A DNA stretch of 63,977 nucleotides, counting the filler, from Ionaspis alba (lineage: Eukaryota): the NCBI GenBank assembly GCA_964255285.1. It is 3 parts of 3 records of this genome, joined end to end, with 100 filler letters (N's around TTAATTAATTAA, not from the genome) between each part and the next. Parts side by side here need not be neighbours in the genome. Positions count along the whole stretch, not along the records: positions 1 to 23,455 come from CAXUUL010000184.1; positions 23,556 to 46,947 come from CAXUUL010000185.1; 1 more part is not named here. One strand, given 5' to 3'. The notes beneath the pieces were generated by a model. It saw only the letters and a program-made list of their open reading frames with translations, was not told where the DNA came from and did no database searches. Shown here in pieces: positions 13,201-26,982 of this stretch. Every line of letters begins with the position of its first letter. The stretch's first letter is position 1. Position numbers and translations under genes: made by a program.

Positions 13201-15562
13201 GGAATTAGCTCGCAAAATTGGTCAACGGACTGTTGTCCAAGTCGAAGAAGAAGCTAGTGAGCTCGACCTGATCAATAGAATGGTAGATGTTGTGAGGAAC
13301 CACGATCCCGATGTACTGACGGGCTTCGAAGTGCACGGTGGATCCTGGGGATACATGATTGAACGGGCGAGACACAAATACGACTACAATCTTTGCGATG
13401 AATTCTCTCGTATGAAATCCCAGTCGCACGGCAGATTTGGCAGAGAAAGCGATCGATGGGGTTTCAACCACACCTCAACCATTCGAGTTACTGGCCGCCA
13501 CATGATCAATATATGGCGGGCAATGCGCGGAGAACTCAACCTCTTACAGTACACCATGGAAAATGTCGTCTTTCATCTACTGCATCGAAGGATACCGCAC
13601 TACGCATTTGTGGATCTCACCCGATGGTACAAGTCCGGTGTACCTAAAAACCTTAGCAAAGTAGTCGACTACTACGTGACTCGTGTTCAGCTCGAACTAG
13701 AGATCCTAGAGCAGAACGAATTAATTCCGAGGACGAGCGAGCAGGCACGCCTATTAGGCGTTGACTTTTTTTCCGTTTTCTCGAGAGGATCCCAATTCAA
13801 AGTCGAGTCACTGATGTTCCGTATTGCCAAACCGGAGAACTTTATCCTCATCTCTCCGAGTCGAAAGCAGGTCGGCCAGCAAAATGCGTTGGAGTGTTTA
13901 CCCTTAGTCATGGAACCGCAAAGTGCGTTTTACAGCAGCCCACTACTGGTGCTTGACTTTCAATCGCTATACCCTAGCGTGATGATCGCTTACAACTACT
14001 GCTACTCGACGTTCCTCGGACGTGTCGTCAACTGGCGTGGGCAAAACAAGATGGGTTTCACTGACTTTAAAAGAGAAGCACGCCTTCTGGAGCTTTTGAA
14101 AGGAAGCATCAATATCGCTCCCAATGGCATGATGTACGTCAAGCCTGAGATACGGAAGTCTCTTCTGGCCAAGATGCTCGGTGAAATCCTCGAGACTCGG
14201 GTCATGGTAAAAAGTGGGATGAAGGTTGACAAAGATGACAAAACATTACAACGTCTGCTCAACAATCGGCAGTTGGCGCTCAAGCTGATTGCCAATGTCA
14301 CTTATGGATACACCTCCGCGTCATTCTCGGGCCGTATGCCTTGTTCAGAGATTGCAGACAGCATTGTGCAGACAGGTCGCGAAACGCTTGAGAAGGCTAT
14401 CGCCTTGATCCATTCAGTCGACCGCTGGGGTGCTGAAGTTGTATATGGGGATACCGATAGTCTCTTCGTCTATCTCAAAGGTCGTAGCAAAGATGAAGCA
14501 TTCGATATCGGTAGTGAAATTGCAAGGACGATATCCAACGTGAATCCGCGACCTGTCAAACTCAAGTTTGAAAAGGTCTACTTCCCTTGCGTTCTCCTTG
14601 CGAAGAAACGTTATGTCGGCTTCAAGTACGAAAGTAAGAGTCAGAGGGAACCGGAATTCGATGCTAAGGGTATCGAGACTGTCCGACGGGACGGGACACC
14701 CGCAGAGCAAAAGATCGAAGAGAAGGCGCTCAAGATACTCTTCCGTACTGCTGATCTGAGCCAAGTGAAAGACTACTTCCAACGCCAGTGTGCTAAGATC
14801 ATGAGGGGTAATGTTTCCATTCAAGATTTCTGCTTTGCCAAAGAGGTGAAATTAGGTACCTACAGCGACAAAGGCCCACCTCCGCCTGGTGCGCTTATCA
14901 GTACTCGAAGAATGCTCGAAGATCCTCGTGCCGAGCCTCAATATGGGGAGCGTGTGCCATACGTTGTAATCACGGGTGCACCGGGAGCTCGATTGATTGA
15001 CCGATGCGTTACTCCGGAAGTCCTGCTACACGACGAACATAGCGAACTAGACGCCGAATACTACATCTCCAAGAACCTCATCCCTCCACTCGAGCGAATC
15101 TTCAACCTGATGGGTGCCAATGTTCGACAATGGTATGATGAAATGCCAAAGTTCCAAAGGATACGCCGAGTAGAAGGTACCGCAGTACCTGACGGACAAG
15201 ACCTCGTTCTAACGAAGAAGACTCTTGAGTCCTACATGAAATCATCGTCGTGTCTAATCTGTACAGAGAAGCTCGAAGCCGAACTTCCCGTTTGTGACAA
15301 CTGTCTGGACCACCCTGACAGCTCCATGTTGACACTGCACACTAGATTGGGAGCAGTGGAGGCTCAGCGCGTGGCTTTGGAAAAGGTCTGCAGATCGTGT
15401 GCGGGAATACCTTGGGGAGACGAGGTTAGCTGCGATAGCAAGGACTGTTCAGTCTTCTACACGCGCATGCGGCATCTAGCCGGGCTGAGGACTACGCAAG
15501 CCGTGATGGAGCCTCTCATAGGGATGCTTGGAATGATTGATGATGCTTCCATAAAATGGTAA
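10296..15562 (+). CDS. REV3: DNA polymerase zeta catalytic subunit; one GC-AG intron at 10528-10574
   Basis: VPVIRVFGAT..GQKVCAHIHGAFPYLY; family-B motifs LDFQSLYPSVMIAYNYCYST, KLIANVTYGY, VYGDTDSLF; C-terminal Cys-rich Zn/Fe-S module. Confidence 0.98.
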
Positions 15563-15902
15563 TGTCGTAATGATTGACCCGATGGAATCGGGATTGGGAT
15601 TCGAGGGCGGCATTGAAGGCGTTAGATACCCCATGGAACGCTCAGAATATGATGTAGAGTAGATAGCCAAAGGTCAAAGTGTTCAATCTCCATGGTGAAC
15701 TCAAGAGTGCTGCAACTGTGACTCTCCAAGAATCAATTTGCAAAAAGCCGATCATAAGAGGCTGGGGATGGGTTTCGTTTCTGCTGCAACCAAGAGGTTG
15801 CAGGTGGCACCATCGAATTTGCAACAGCTATTCTCCAGCCGCATTAAGATCATCTTACAAGCGCAATGAACCCATCAAATCCATACCGCCCTTCATGACG
15901 TG

Positions 15903-18602
15903 ATGGGCAGCTTCTTGCCTCTCCTCGCGATTTATTTGTTTGGCGGCTTGACGCTCCTGCCCATCGTCCTTGGCCTGGTCATCTTGCACGCTCACCTTAC
16001 CTTTCCTCGAGTTACAGCCTATTCTTCAAATGCTCCAGACCTCCGAAGGTCCCTCTACGATGTGAACGACGACGAGAAAGCCGTTAGCACCGGGTCTGAT
16101 GCTCCTGCAAAGAATCTTCAACGCGGCTATGAAACGGATGTTGCAGAGGGGTACTTTGCTGTCTGTAGAGAATACGTTCCTGGCGGTGTAAATGGCAAAC
16201 CACCAGAGCGAACTACACCTGCGGGAGAGGTGGTCATAGGCGAAAGTCCAAGCGTCTACCAGAGCATGTACAGAAGCCTGTTTGACAGAAAACAACTATC
16301 TACACTGGAGGGAAGTAAAGGTAGTGGCAAGACTACCAAAAGAGCTCGGAATGTTTTCTACGTGGTACTACGACATGGACATCTCATGCTTTACGATGAT
16401 TCAGAGCAGGTAGAAGTCCGCCATGTCATCTCTCTGGCGCATCACACTGTCAGTATCTATGGGGGTGGCGATGAGATTCCCGAAGGAGAGCTCTGGATCA
16501 AGCGAAATGCCATCTGTCTAGGGCGGAAGAAGAGCTTCGGTGATATTGCTACAGACTCGAAACCGTTCTACTTCTTTTCAGAAAATTGTTCGGAGAAAGA
16601 GGATTTTTACTTTGCCCTTCTCCGAAATCAAGATCGAGCAGTGGATGATCCGTATAGTCCTCCGCGAGTTCAGCATTTCGAAGTCAAAGACATCATAACC
16701 CTCGTTCAACGTTTACATTCTTCTGAAGAGCAACTGCAGACGAGGTGGATTAATGCTCTTATGGGACGACTGTTCCTAGCAATGTACAAGACTCAGGAGA
16801 TCGAGCACTTTGTTCGCGTGAAAGTTACTAAAAAGATTTCACGTGTCAAGAAGCCCGTCTTCCTTTCAGGCATCGTGCTGCAGAAGATCGATTTGGGGGA
16901 AGCTGCGCCTTACTTTACCAATCCTCGACTGAAAGACCTCACGGTAAACGGAGACTGCTGCGTGGAAGCAGACATTCGATATGACGGGAATTTTAAGCTA
17001 GAGGTTTCAGCTACCGCTAGAATTGATCTGGGCGCTCGCTTCAAGGTTCGAGAGGTCAATTTAGTCCTGGCGGTTGTAATCAAGAAAGTCGATGGACATT
17101 GCTTGGTGAAGCTTAAGCCGCCTCCAAGCAATCGCCTGTGGGTGGCTTTTGAGGCCATGCCTCACGTGGAAATGAGCATCGAGCCAGTGGTGAGCTCGAG
17201 ACAAATAACGTATGGCATTATATTACGGGCAATCGAGAGCAGAATACGTGAGGTCGTTGCGGAAACTCTAGTTTTGCCCAATTGGGATGACATTCCGATC
17301 ACCAGTACGCTTCATCAACGATATCGAGGTGGCATTTGGGCTGAAGATCGCCAGGAGTCCTGTCAATCCACTCGACCAACCAGTCTGCTAACAGTAGAGC
17401 CAGAAGAAGAGGCGGAAACAGATGGACCTCATGGAGTAGAATCAGCAGTATTGGAAAACTTCAAAGATGATAGGTCTCAGAGTTTGCCAGCCTTGCTGGA
17501 GACTCTAGCACCACATGCTCAGGCACGGAAGGGCCACAAGACCACAATTTCCCTTGCGGAGAACTCCGAGACAGCAATATCAACAGGATTACAGAAACGA
17601 TCTGAGCCGCCAAAAGCAATTCGATCTCGTTCTTTCGCATCTGCAGCAGATCCTGTCCTCAGCATGGATAATGCCAATGTTGATGCGTCGAAGAAGGCGG
17701 AGAACATGAGACAGACTAAAGACGCCGCAAGCACCATGATCGAGATATCGAGTCGTTCGCAGCCAACGTCTCCTGCAGAAACTCAAATGAGTTCATTGAA
17801 CTCGCAGTGCGGCTCCATTTCGGAAGTTGAGAACGAAGGGAATATCTCCTCATCCTCGTCTCATGCCAGCTCTACCAAAGAATCAAATAACTTCCAAGCC
17901 ACAATTACAAATCCTAGCAGTCCATCGGTTCCACATTCTCCAGCGAGCATATGCTCAAGATCTACCACATCAAATTCTAAATCCGGTAGTCATCGCTCTA
18001 TGAAAGCGGACGTTAATGCGCGAATACCTCTAACTTCTAAATCCACGAAGACCTTTACAGGGATTGGAGCTGCTGCTGCTGCTGCTGCGAAGAGTTGGGG
18101 GTGGAACACACTAAGCCGCACCAAAATCAAGAACGAAGATCGTTTGCAGGGTACAGACCGCGCGGGGACACCTGAACATCCCATTGGACGTGGCCATCCT
18201 CTTCCACCACCTGGTCAACCTTTGCCACGCCCGCAGAAGCACAGCTCTACACCAATTAGCATTCCCAAACGGAAGCCTCTACCTCCGCCACTATTGCCAG
18301 ACCGGCGACGATACGAAGCGGAAACATTGTCTGATTCAGCGCCTATTCTACCACAGCGGCAAGAAGCTGCCATGTCAACAGGACCGCAGAATGGGAATGG
18401 CAATCTCCTTGTTGTTGAAGCTCCTCTGGATTCCGAGCCTACAAGCCCTCTGGATGAAGGCTACGGTGAATTTGTTGACAACGTCAGGCTCGATGACGAA
18501 GAAGGAATCATATCATTGACACCGATCCACTCATCAAACCAAGATCTACTGAACCCTTCCTCTCCTCACGATGGTCATCTTCATACTTCTCACGAGGTCT
18601 AG
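15903..18602 (+). CDS. NVJ2: TM-PH-SMP lipid-transfer membrane contact site protein (Nvj2/TEX2 family)
   Basis: N-terminal TM (YLFGGLTLLP), PH domain (VVLRHGHLMLYD...KEDFYFALL), SMP domain (TRWINALMGRLF...IKKVDGH..LKPPPSNRLW...LVLPNWDD), disordered tail. Confidence 0.88.
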   Translation: MGSFLPLLAIYLFGGLTLLPIVLGLVILHAHLTFPRVTAYSSNAPDLRRSLYDVNDDEKAVSTGSDAPAKNLQRGYETDVAEGYFAVCREYVPGGVNGKPPERTTPAGEVVIGESPSVYQSMYRSLFDRKQLSTLEGSKGSGKTTKRARNVFYVVLRHGHLMLYDDSEQVEVRHVISLAHHTVSIYGGGDEIPEGELWIKRNAICLGRKKSFGDIATDSKPFYFFSENCSEKEDFYFALLRNQDRAVDDPYSPPRVQHFEVKDIITLVQRLHSSEEQLQTRWINALMGRLFLAMYKTQEIEHFVRVKVTKKISRVKKPVFLSGIVLQKIDLGEAAPYFTNPRLKDLTVNGDCCVEADIRYDGNFKLEVSATARIDLGARFKVREVNLVLAVVIKKVDGHCLVKLKPPPSNRLWVAFEAMPHVEMSIEPVVSSRQITYGIILRAIESRIREVVAETLVLPNWDDIPITSTLHQRYRGGIWAEDRQESCQSTRPTSLLTVEPEEEAETDGPHGVESAVLENFKDDRSQSLPALLETLAPHAQARKGHKTTISLAENSETAISTGLQKRSEPPKAIRSRSFASAADPVLSMDNANVDASKKAENMRQTKDAASTMIEISSRSQPTSPAETQMSSLNSQCGSISEVENEGNISSSSSHASSTKESNNFQATITNPSSPSVPHSPASICSRSTTSNSKSGSHRSMKADVNARIPLTSKSTKTFTGIGAAAAAAAKSWGWNTLSRTKIKNEDRLQGTDRAGTPEHPIGRGHPLPPPGQPLPRPQKHSSTPISIPKRKPLPPPLLPDRRRYEAETLSDSAPILPQRQEAAMSTGPQNGNGNLLVVEAPLDSEPTSPLDEGYGEFVDNVRLDDEEGIISLTPIHSSNQDLLNPSSPHDGHLHTSHEV

Positions 18603-19107
18603 TAGTCCAGCGAGGGAGCATAAGACAGAACTCTGATAAACTTCTCAGGGTGTCTGGGGATGGATTCTCATACAACAAGAAGCATTCTGAGGGGTATTGT
18701 GGTGTATACGGTGATCACAAGCAGGTGTATGGACTACAATATAGAAATGGATCTTTGGCACTCGGTGCTTGCCTGACCTTTGATCAGAAGAAGTTTTGTA
18801 TCTAGTATGAGATGTGTGAACGGAAACTGTGTAGAATCAGTATGAAGAGGTCATTATCACAGATGTGGAATTCGCTTCGTGAATCTCCATCCGTCAACCC
18901 ATTCTGCTGCCTTATCTGAGTACGCGGCCTGGAATATACCCTGCTGTACTTTAGCGAACATCTAAATGTGAAATCCCAAGGTCCTTCAGAGCCTGTCAGT
19001 GAGAATATTGCTTGCCGTGAAAGCCACGATGTGTAAATACTCTGTGATCAGGTACAGGATTCAATAATTAGACTGCTCCTTCCTCCGGTCACTTGTCTAC
19101 AAGCAAG

Positions 19108-22100
19108 ATGGCCAATGGCTACGGCGGAACAACGGCACGCAACGTCGACCTGGGCAAGTACGTCGTCGGCGATGCTTCAATCCAATCCAAAATGCACCTA
19201 ATGACCTCTGGACAGGTCAGAAACAGATCTTGCTATCAACATCCGGAAAGCTACAAGTATTGGTATGGTGTGACTTGCTTGAGCCGTGGAAGCACCTCTC
19301 TGACAACTGTGTAGAAGAGACAGCTCCGAAAAGTATGCTCTTTCTCCTCCACCGCTACGCTGCATGGTTTGCCATATTGACGCCCTTCAGGAAAGCATGT
19401 CCGAGCGTGCATTGTGTACACATGGGACCATAAATCATCACAATCCTTCTGGGCTGGCATGAAAGTGTGGGTCTATGAACACTCAACCCTGTTGAGTATC
19501 TCCCGTTAGGCACTCCATATCGTGACGCATTGCTGACTCTCACTTCCACTTGTCTCTACAGGCAACCCATTCTTGCCGATGAAGTCCAGACTTTCAAAGC
19601 TCTGATAACGGTTCACAAGGTCCTGCAAGAAGGGCATCCGATCGCAGTGAGAGAAGCACAGCCGAACACGAACTGGCTAGAGAGTCTGACGAGGGGGATA
19701 TCTGGCGATGGAATCAGAGGCACGCCACCCATTTACTTGATCTTTCAGCTTGGAATCATGTCTATCTCGGGCACAGCGTGCGGGACTAGTGCTAACGCGA
19801 TATAGGATATGGTCCGCTCCTGAGAGAATATGTGTATTTTTTACTGGCCAAGCTCGCCTTCCACAAACAGCATCCAGAGTTCAATGGTATATCATGCTTT
19901 CCCTATTGTCCGAGGTCTGCTATTCACACAACTCTCAGGCCTGTTTGAGTACGAGGAGTATATTAGTCTCAAATCGATCAATGATCCTAATGAGGGGTAA
20001 TGATCCCTATTCGCACCGTGATATATAGACTAAGCTGGGCAGGTATGAGACTATATCAGATCTCATGACCCTCCAGGACCAGATAGATTCTTTCCAAAAA
20101 CTTATATTCTCGAACTTCCAGAGCGGCGCGAACAATGAATGCAGAATCTCAGCTCTCGTGCCCCTTGTACAGGAAAGCTACGGGATCTACAAGTTCATCA
20201 CCAGCATGTTGCGCGCCATGCACACAAGTACATCAAATCCCCCACGAGTCATCTGATGATATCCACTGACACGCGATAGCTACGGGCGATGATGAGGCTC
20301 TGGAGCCCTTGAGGGGGAGATATGAGACCCAATACTACCGTCTTTTAAAGTTCTACTACGAATGCTCAAACCTGAGATATCTGACAAGCTTGATCAGCGT
20401 CCCGAAGCTACCGCAAGAACCTCCAAGTCTGCTTGCGGAAGATGAAGATCGGCCAGCTCTACCGCGAAGACCAAAGAACGAAACACCGAAACCAAGGGAC
20501 CCCTCTCCGCCTCGGCAGAAAGTAATTACAGCACCAGAACCGGAGCCAATCAACGAATTCTGGCAAGATAGCCAACGACGACAGCAGGAGGAATACGATG
20601 CTCAGCAGCGTCAGCTCCAAGACCAATGGAATCAGCAACAGTATCAGCAGCAATTAGCACAGCAGCAGGCGCAAAGAGAATTTGAGGAACAACAACGACT
20701 CCTAGCCGAGCAGCAAAGGCTTGCGGACGAACAGCTTATGCGAGAACAGTACCAAGCCCAGACCAGTGGGCGAATGGCGGAGCTCGAGCGCGAAAACCTA
20801 AATGCTAGGGCTCAATACGAACGAGACCAGCTCATGCTCGAACAATATGATCGACGAGTCAAAGATCTCGAGAGTCAGTTTAACCAGCTCAACAACAATT
20901 TTAACCAACAGAATGCCTCGAAAGATGATCAGATACGTGCATTACAAGAACAAGTCAATACCTGGCGATCTAAATACGAGGCTCTAGCCAAATTATACTC
21001 ACAGCTTCGGACAGAGCATCTGGATCTGTTACAGAAATTCAAGGGTGTACAACTGAAAGCTGCATCAGCCCAGGAAGCTGTCGATAAGCGGGAGAAGCTC
21101 GAACGCGAGATTAAGACCAAGAATCTCGAGTTGGCTGACATGATTAGGGAGCGAGATCGTGCGCTTCATGAGAAGGATCGCCTGGTTGGAGGCAACCGAG
21201 AAGAGGTCGAGAAGCTCAATCGAGAGCTTCGACTTGCGCTTGACAGAGCTGACAATTCCGAACGATCAAAAGGTACGGAGCTGTCGAGTATGTTGGCAAA
21301 GTACAATAGGGAGATGGCGGACTTGGAGGAAGCTCTGCGGGTACGCAACCTTCACTGGTTCGTCGTGAACAACCTTGCTTATAGTGGCATAGAACAAATC
21401 TCGAGCACTGGAAGACATTCACTCAAAGTATGGGGAGCGTGACGGTGATCTCGAACGTACCCTTCGAGAAAAGGAGGAGGAACTCGAGATCTCCAAGTCT
21501 GCCATGGATCAAGCCTTGATGGATCTCCACGAGCTGCAGATGGCAAGTTCGCTGCATTGTGTTTGCAATAGTAATGCATCTAACTTGGTGCTAGACTGGC
21601 GGTGACCAAGACAAAGCCCTCGACGAGCAGATTGACGCTGTTCTTTTGAGCAATATTCAGAAGATCAACGACATCATTGATTCTGTGCTCCAGAGCGGCG
21701 TTCAGCGTATAGACGACGCACTTTACGAACTCGACTCAACAATGCAAGCAGGGAATCAGAACGCTTCGGCGCCGTACGTACTGTCGCAGATCGAGAAGGC
21801 TTCCTCGAGCGTTACGGAGTTCTCCACTGCCTTCAACAATTTTATCGCGGATGGACCTAATAGTACACATGCGGAGATTATACGCACTGTCAGCATCTTC
21901 GCTGGATCTATCGCTGACGTTCTATCCAATACCAAAGGCCTGACTCGGTTTGCCACCGAAGAGAGAAAGGCCGATCAGCTTGTAAACGCTGCTCGCCAAT
22001 CGGCTCAAGCAAGCTTAAACTTCTTCCGCAACCTACAATCCTTCCGCCTCGAAGACCTAGAGCCTATTCAGAAGACTGATGTGGTCATCAACAACGCCCA

Positions 22101-23008
22101 TGAGGTACAAATGTACCTCCAGAAATTGTCTAAACTCGCAGACGCATTTGCGCCAAAGTCAGGCAAGATATCCAATCAAGTGGGAGATTTGGGGGACATC
22201 GTCGATCGCGAGCTGACGAATGCGGCGAATGCTATCGATGCTGCTGCTGAGCGATTGAACAAGTTGAGGAAGAAACCTCGCGATGGGTACAGCACATATC
22301 AGCTCAAGATCCATGATAGCATTCTCGAAGCTGCTGTAGCAGTCACGAATGCCATTGCGCAACTCATAAAAGCGGCCACAGCTTCGCAGCAGGAGATTGT
22401 GAAGGAAGGTCGCGGGTCGTCCTCCCGGACGGCCTTCTACAAAAAGAACAACCGATGGACAGAGGGCCTCATCAGCGCCGCGAAGGCCGTCGCTTCCTCC
22501 ACCAACACTCTCATCGAGACGGCCGATGGCGTGATCAGCGGACGCAACAGTCCAGAGCAGCTGATCGTGGCCAGCAACGATGTGGCCGCTAGCACCGCCC
22601 AGCTTGTCGCTGCTTCTCGCGTCAAGGCGAACTTTGGGTCGAGAACACAGGATCGGCTGGAGGAAGCGAGCAAGGCCGTCGGCCGAGCCTGTCGGAGCCT
22701 TGTGCGTCAGGTGCAGGAGATCATCAGCCAGAAGAACAAGGACGAGGGCGAGGACATCGATTACGGTCGTTTGAACGGCCACGAGTTCAAGGTTCGCGAG
22801 ATGGAACAGCAGGTATGTTGAGTATATTTCACCCCAAGCCGACCAGGCCAAGATTGGTGGACGAGCTTCGGGCGTGGTCACTCTGTACGGTCGGTCGATG
22901 CTGACGGGTGGCTCTCTGCAGGTGGAAATCCTACAGCTTGAGAACAGTCTCGCGCAGGCAAGGCAGAGACTCGGAGAGATGCGGAAGATCTCGTATCAGG
23001 AGGATTGA
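19108..23008 (+). CDS. SLA2: Endocytic adaptor Sla2/End4 (ANTH, coiled coil, talin-like I/LWEQ); about 12 exons, 18-nt microexon 19315-19332, two GC-AG introns
   Basis: IRKATSIEETAPKRKHVRACIVYTWDHKSS; Q-rich linker; WRSKYEALAKLYSQLR; FYKKNNRWTEGLISAAKAVA...FKVREMEQQVEILQLENSL. Confidence 0.97.
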
Positions 23009-23455
23009 TGGTCTGCAGCAGGTATTCGGTACTTGAGTGAATGCAGAGCACACGTCTAATGGACAGCAGGGTGTCTCCGGGGTTGTCAACGTATACGGCG
23101 CTTCTTGATCTCGGGTTACCGAGGCATGTCACACAAATACGACGACAGCCAGCGCAGCGCAGCAACAGGAGTGTAGAGTATATTGCTTGTACCTATGTAT
23201 CTCGAACGTCTCTTGCTCGCTCGTGAACGGCGTTTTCTCTCTAGCTCGTAGTTATACCATGCAGCCATAACTCCCTGTTCTCGCATGAACACCAAAGTTG
23301 GCATTATCCAGCAGCAAACAGAGCCATGTCCTGGCAAGCTTTCTCCGGTAGCGGAGTGTTTAGACACCGGCGAACACCAAAGGCTTCGGCTGGCGGAGCA
23401 ACAGTGATACCGAGAAGTAAGAGTGTGAAAGCAGATCCTAAGAGAACGCGTCGGA

Positions 23456-23555
23456 NNNNNNNNNNNNNNNNNNNNNNNNNNNNNNNNNNNNNNNNNNNNT
23501 TAATTAATTAANNNNNNNNNNNNNNNNNNNNNNNNNNNNNNNNNNNNNNNNNNNN
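23456..23555. other. Artificial scaffold-joining linker (N44-TTAATTAATTAA-N44)
   Basis: Six-frame stop spacer at 23500-23511 centred in Ns. Confidence 0.95.
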
Positions 23556-24031
23556 CCATTGACCGATCGAATGTAGAGAGCTGCGCTTATCACCACCGAT
23601 TCTGAACGGGGAATGCAATGTGTAGAGTGGTAGCTTATGGTGTTGACGCTTTGGGCTGTGCGGTTGCATTAGTGCTACTGTGATATGACCGAGGGAAACA
23701 ACCATGTCAAAGCATTATGTAGATAGCCAGAGATTTGCTTTTTAATTACCCACTTTTGCTGTGGCTCGATTGCAGCTCAAGCAATGCAGCCATCTTGCAA
23801 AAATCTTGGCAACCCGAAACTGTAAATTAGTTGACTACCAGTTAAAGCGTCGATTAGAGCCATTATGATCGTGATGAAAAGCTCAACAATGATGTAAAGT
23901 ATAAACACTCGTGCCCCTCAATGCTCTCCGCTTATGCTGGTCCATCATCCATGTTTCCAACTTGACCCTCCAAACGCCGATCTGCAACCTCATATACACA
24001 TATCCAGCTTCTATATCCAACTTCCCTACCC

Positions 24032-26701
24032 TCACCCAACCACAGCCTTCATACTCAGAGCTTCCAAGAAGCCACTCAGATCCTCCTTCTTCACCTCCAC
24101 TACACAATTCTCAAAGCTATCAATCCTCAATCGCGCATTCGTCTCGTCCACCACCTCCTGGAACGCATGACCAAAGCGATTTTTGCCATAGCCCCTTTCC
24201 AGCATCCGCGCGTCGTCCTCAGCATCAGTGTCGTAGTCTGAGTCTTCTTCGCTGTCCTCTTCTCCGCTTTCCTCCTCTTCGTCCCGGCCCTCCTGCTCGG
24301 CTTTCTCTGCCTTGGCTTTTCGCAGCTTTTCCTTTTCGGCAGCTTTTTCCGCTTTCCGCTTGGCTTTTGCGGCGCGCTTCTCTTCCCGTTCCTTCCTGGC
24401 TGCGAAATTAATAACACCGCCTCCGCCGCCAGTACCAACGACGACGTAGACACCTCTGGTTTCGTTTAGACCAGCTAGGACGAGAGGAGTTCCCTTTCCA
24501 CCCTTTCCCGACTCTTTCTCTTGTTCTGCGATTGCTTCACCAACCCACAGCGCTAGTTTCGTCAAAGCTCCGGGGTGAGTGAATAGCATTACATCAGGAC
24601 CTTCTTTGACAACTGCCATACGGAAAGCACGCAGATGCCGGATTTGCTTCTTGGATATGAGAGCGCTGCCTGTCTGAAGAATCGCGCGGTGGAGATGCTG
24701 AGCCATTGGTAGTGCGTGTTTGAGCGCTTCGACACTTTGAGAAGTTAGTAATTCATAGTTTCCTGTAGAGGCTTGCGAATGCAGCATACTTCTCCAACGC
24801 ATCATACGCCTCCCAGAATCTGCCGACAAACTCTTCACCTTCCAACTTCCCTTCCTCGTCGACAAGCTCTTTCTTCTCATTCCGTCCACGATCCCAGCTA
24901 TTTCCCGCCGGAGCGGCATGCACGCCCGCCTTGCCTACCTCTAGCACTGCGCCGATAATCACTCCCACGTCTATTGCACTTAAGCAGGCTTTCCAACCCC
25001 AGCTTCTTACAAAGCCCCAGCCTTCCCTTCGTGGACCAGCTCCTGCCGGTGGAGGTACAATGCCCTCCAGACCGTACACTGGCCCGTACTTGAGTAATCG
25101 CTGTCGTAATCCCTTTTTCAGGTCCATGTCCATGTGCGTGTATATCTGTTGGGACTGAGCCAGACTAACACCCATCTTTGCAAGCAGCTTGTGAAGTCGT
25201 TTTCGACCTTGGTCACTCCATATGTGAAGCCGCGAAGCAAGGTAAGGCGAATGAAGCATGCTGTCATACAACGACCAATGCCGTATCAGCAAGAACCTCG
25301 GTTCCGGAGATAACCGTATTGACGTGTCCGTAGGTGAGCGAGCTGTTGTTGGTATCACACCAGAAGTCTCTCCTCGCGCTGTCTCACCTCTTTTGTCACT
25401 CGGATCTGGTGGATTCAGTCTTCGAACTTCATCACGTAGCACCTGCCGTATCAGCTCCCCTCGAGCACCTCCCCACCCGGCTGATCCGCCTGCTTCGAGA
25501 GCTGCTGAGATACCGACGCCACTCATGGTACGGCCATAGAGTTCAAGAGAACTCACTCCCACGATAGCATGCCACAGAAAGTTGTTGTCGTCACGACCGA
25601 GCTCTCCCGCAAGGGAGTAGACGAGAGAGGAAATGGGTTCGGAATAAGATGCCCCGAGGGAGTAGTAGGCGTGGAGCACGGCTTCGTATTTGCGCTTCAG
25701 CTTGCGAAGCCGCCGGCGATTGCGTCGCGTTTGAGATTGGCCAGAGGTCGGCAAAGCATTCGCTGGAGGCGTAAGAGTAGGAGATCGTGATTTGCGGACG
25801 TCGCTTGATGTCGAGAGCAAGCCACGTCGAGGAGGCTGACTTGGCGTGACTGGTATAGAGTCTTCCTGCGTGGGGGGTCAGTATATCTTCCAATGCTAAG
25901 GGTCTGGGTTGGCTATACCGAGTTACTCCTCCGCCTTTGTCTCGGCCTCCCGTCCTCCTCCTCACTTTCATCTTCATCATCGGCGTCCGACCATGATTTC
26001 CTCTTCCTACTCGTGCTTCTCACTTCAGTATCGCCTCCACCTTCGCTCTCCGTATCTGACCCGTCACTGTCTTGCCCATCGTCTTCGATCACAGGCAGCT
26101 CTTCCAGTTTAAAGTATGCCTCTCTTTCTGCCACCAGCTCCTCACTGATGTCCCCATCATCAAACACGACAACTCCACCTTTTCCGGGCCGGTAGCACTG
26201 TTGGATCTGCCCCTGGTTCACTTCCAGCATTCTGGCTCTCCCATTGACCCTTACGTTCCCGTTCAGCTCCACCAACGGTGTATCTAGCGGCCTTCCCCCA
26301 AAGACATTGCCTAAGTTCCACGGGCGTCGCGCGTCTATGACCCAGACCTCGACTCCCCCTGTTGGATCTTCTGCTTCGTCTTCCGAATCTAGCCCTAGTA
26401 AAGAACCTAGATCTACCAGACCTCCAACACCCAGACATATCACCGTTCCTCCTGCCCCTCCATTTTGTGTCCGTAGAGGTTGGACTTGCGCTGCGCCAGC
26501 CCGCACGAGATCGCTGTAGCCATTGATAGGAATGATGTTATGAGGTATGTAATCCCGTTTGAGAAGGGCAGTGAGAATTCGGCAGGCGCAAAGGGCATCG
26601 GGCTCAAGGGCGACGAGGAGGAGGACGGGAGGTGATTGGGCGTGGTTGGTTCGAATGAGATGATTGTAGAGATGTGAGATGAGACTGCGGGGAAGGTACA
26701 T
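24032..26701 (-). CDS. CDC45: DNA replication initiation factor Cdc45; two introns
   Basis: MYLPRSLISHLY...VALEPDALCACRILTALLKRDYIPH, DARRPWNLGNVFG, RFLLIRHWSLYDSMLHSPY, KNRFGHAFQEV...RIDSFENCVVEV. Confidence 0.97.
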
Positions 26702-26970
26702 AACTTGCAGATCTCCTAGGATTGTGAGAGCTCTCGTGGTCTGGCATCAGGCAGTGGGGTCTTCACAAGAACTTTCTGTTGTGCTGATAGTTGCGCTGGG
26801 GCCGCCTGCGTTAGAAGAAGTGATTTGGAGGGATCACCGAGATGCGATAGCATGAGTACAGAATTTCAGCAACGAGTCCTCAACTTAATGCGCCGTACGC
26901 CAGGGAGTATGACCATGCTCTGATGTATGAATGGGTAGGATAACTTTCCAGCTACGCAAGTGACCGGAAG

Positions 26971-26982
26971 TCGCGTCGCGTC
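26971..26982 (-). promoter_or_regulatory. Tandem MCB-like (ACGCGA x2) elements upstream of CDC45
   Basis: TCGCGTCGCGTC about 270 bp upstream of the CDC45 ATG; MBF/MCB control of replication genes is established in ascomycetes. Confidence 0.55.

Noticed and set aside
18069..18088. (GCT)n run in NVJ2 and (TTC)n run near 53722
   Set aside because: Ordinary short microsatellites (poly-Ala and 3' UTR)
22159..22881. Long antisense ORFs over SLA2, kinesin (40616-41155) and the GAT gene (52726-53358)
   Set aside because: Shadows of codon-biased sense genes with no recognisable motifs
23500..23511. TTAATTAATTAA palindrome (also 46992-47003) as a piggyBac TTAA site or regulatory motif
   Set aside because: Identical and centred in N runs; a synthetic six-frame stop linker
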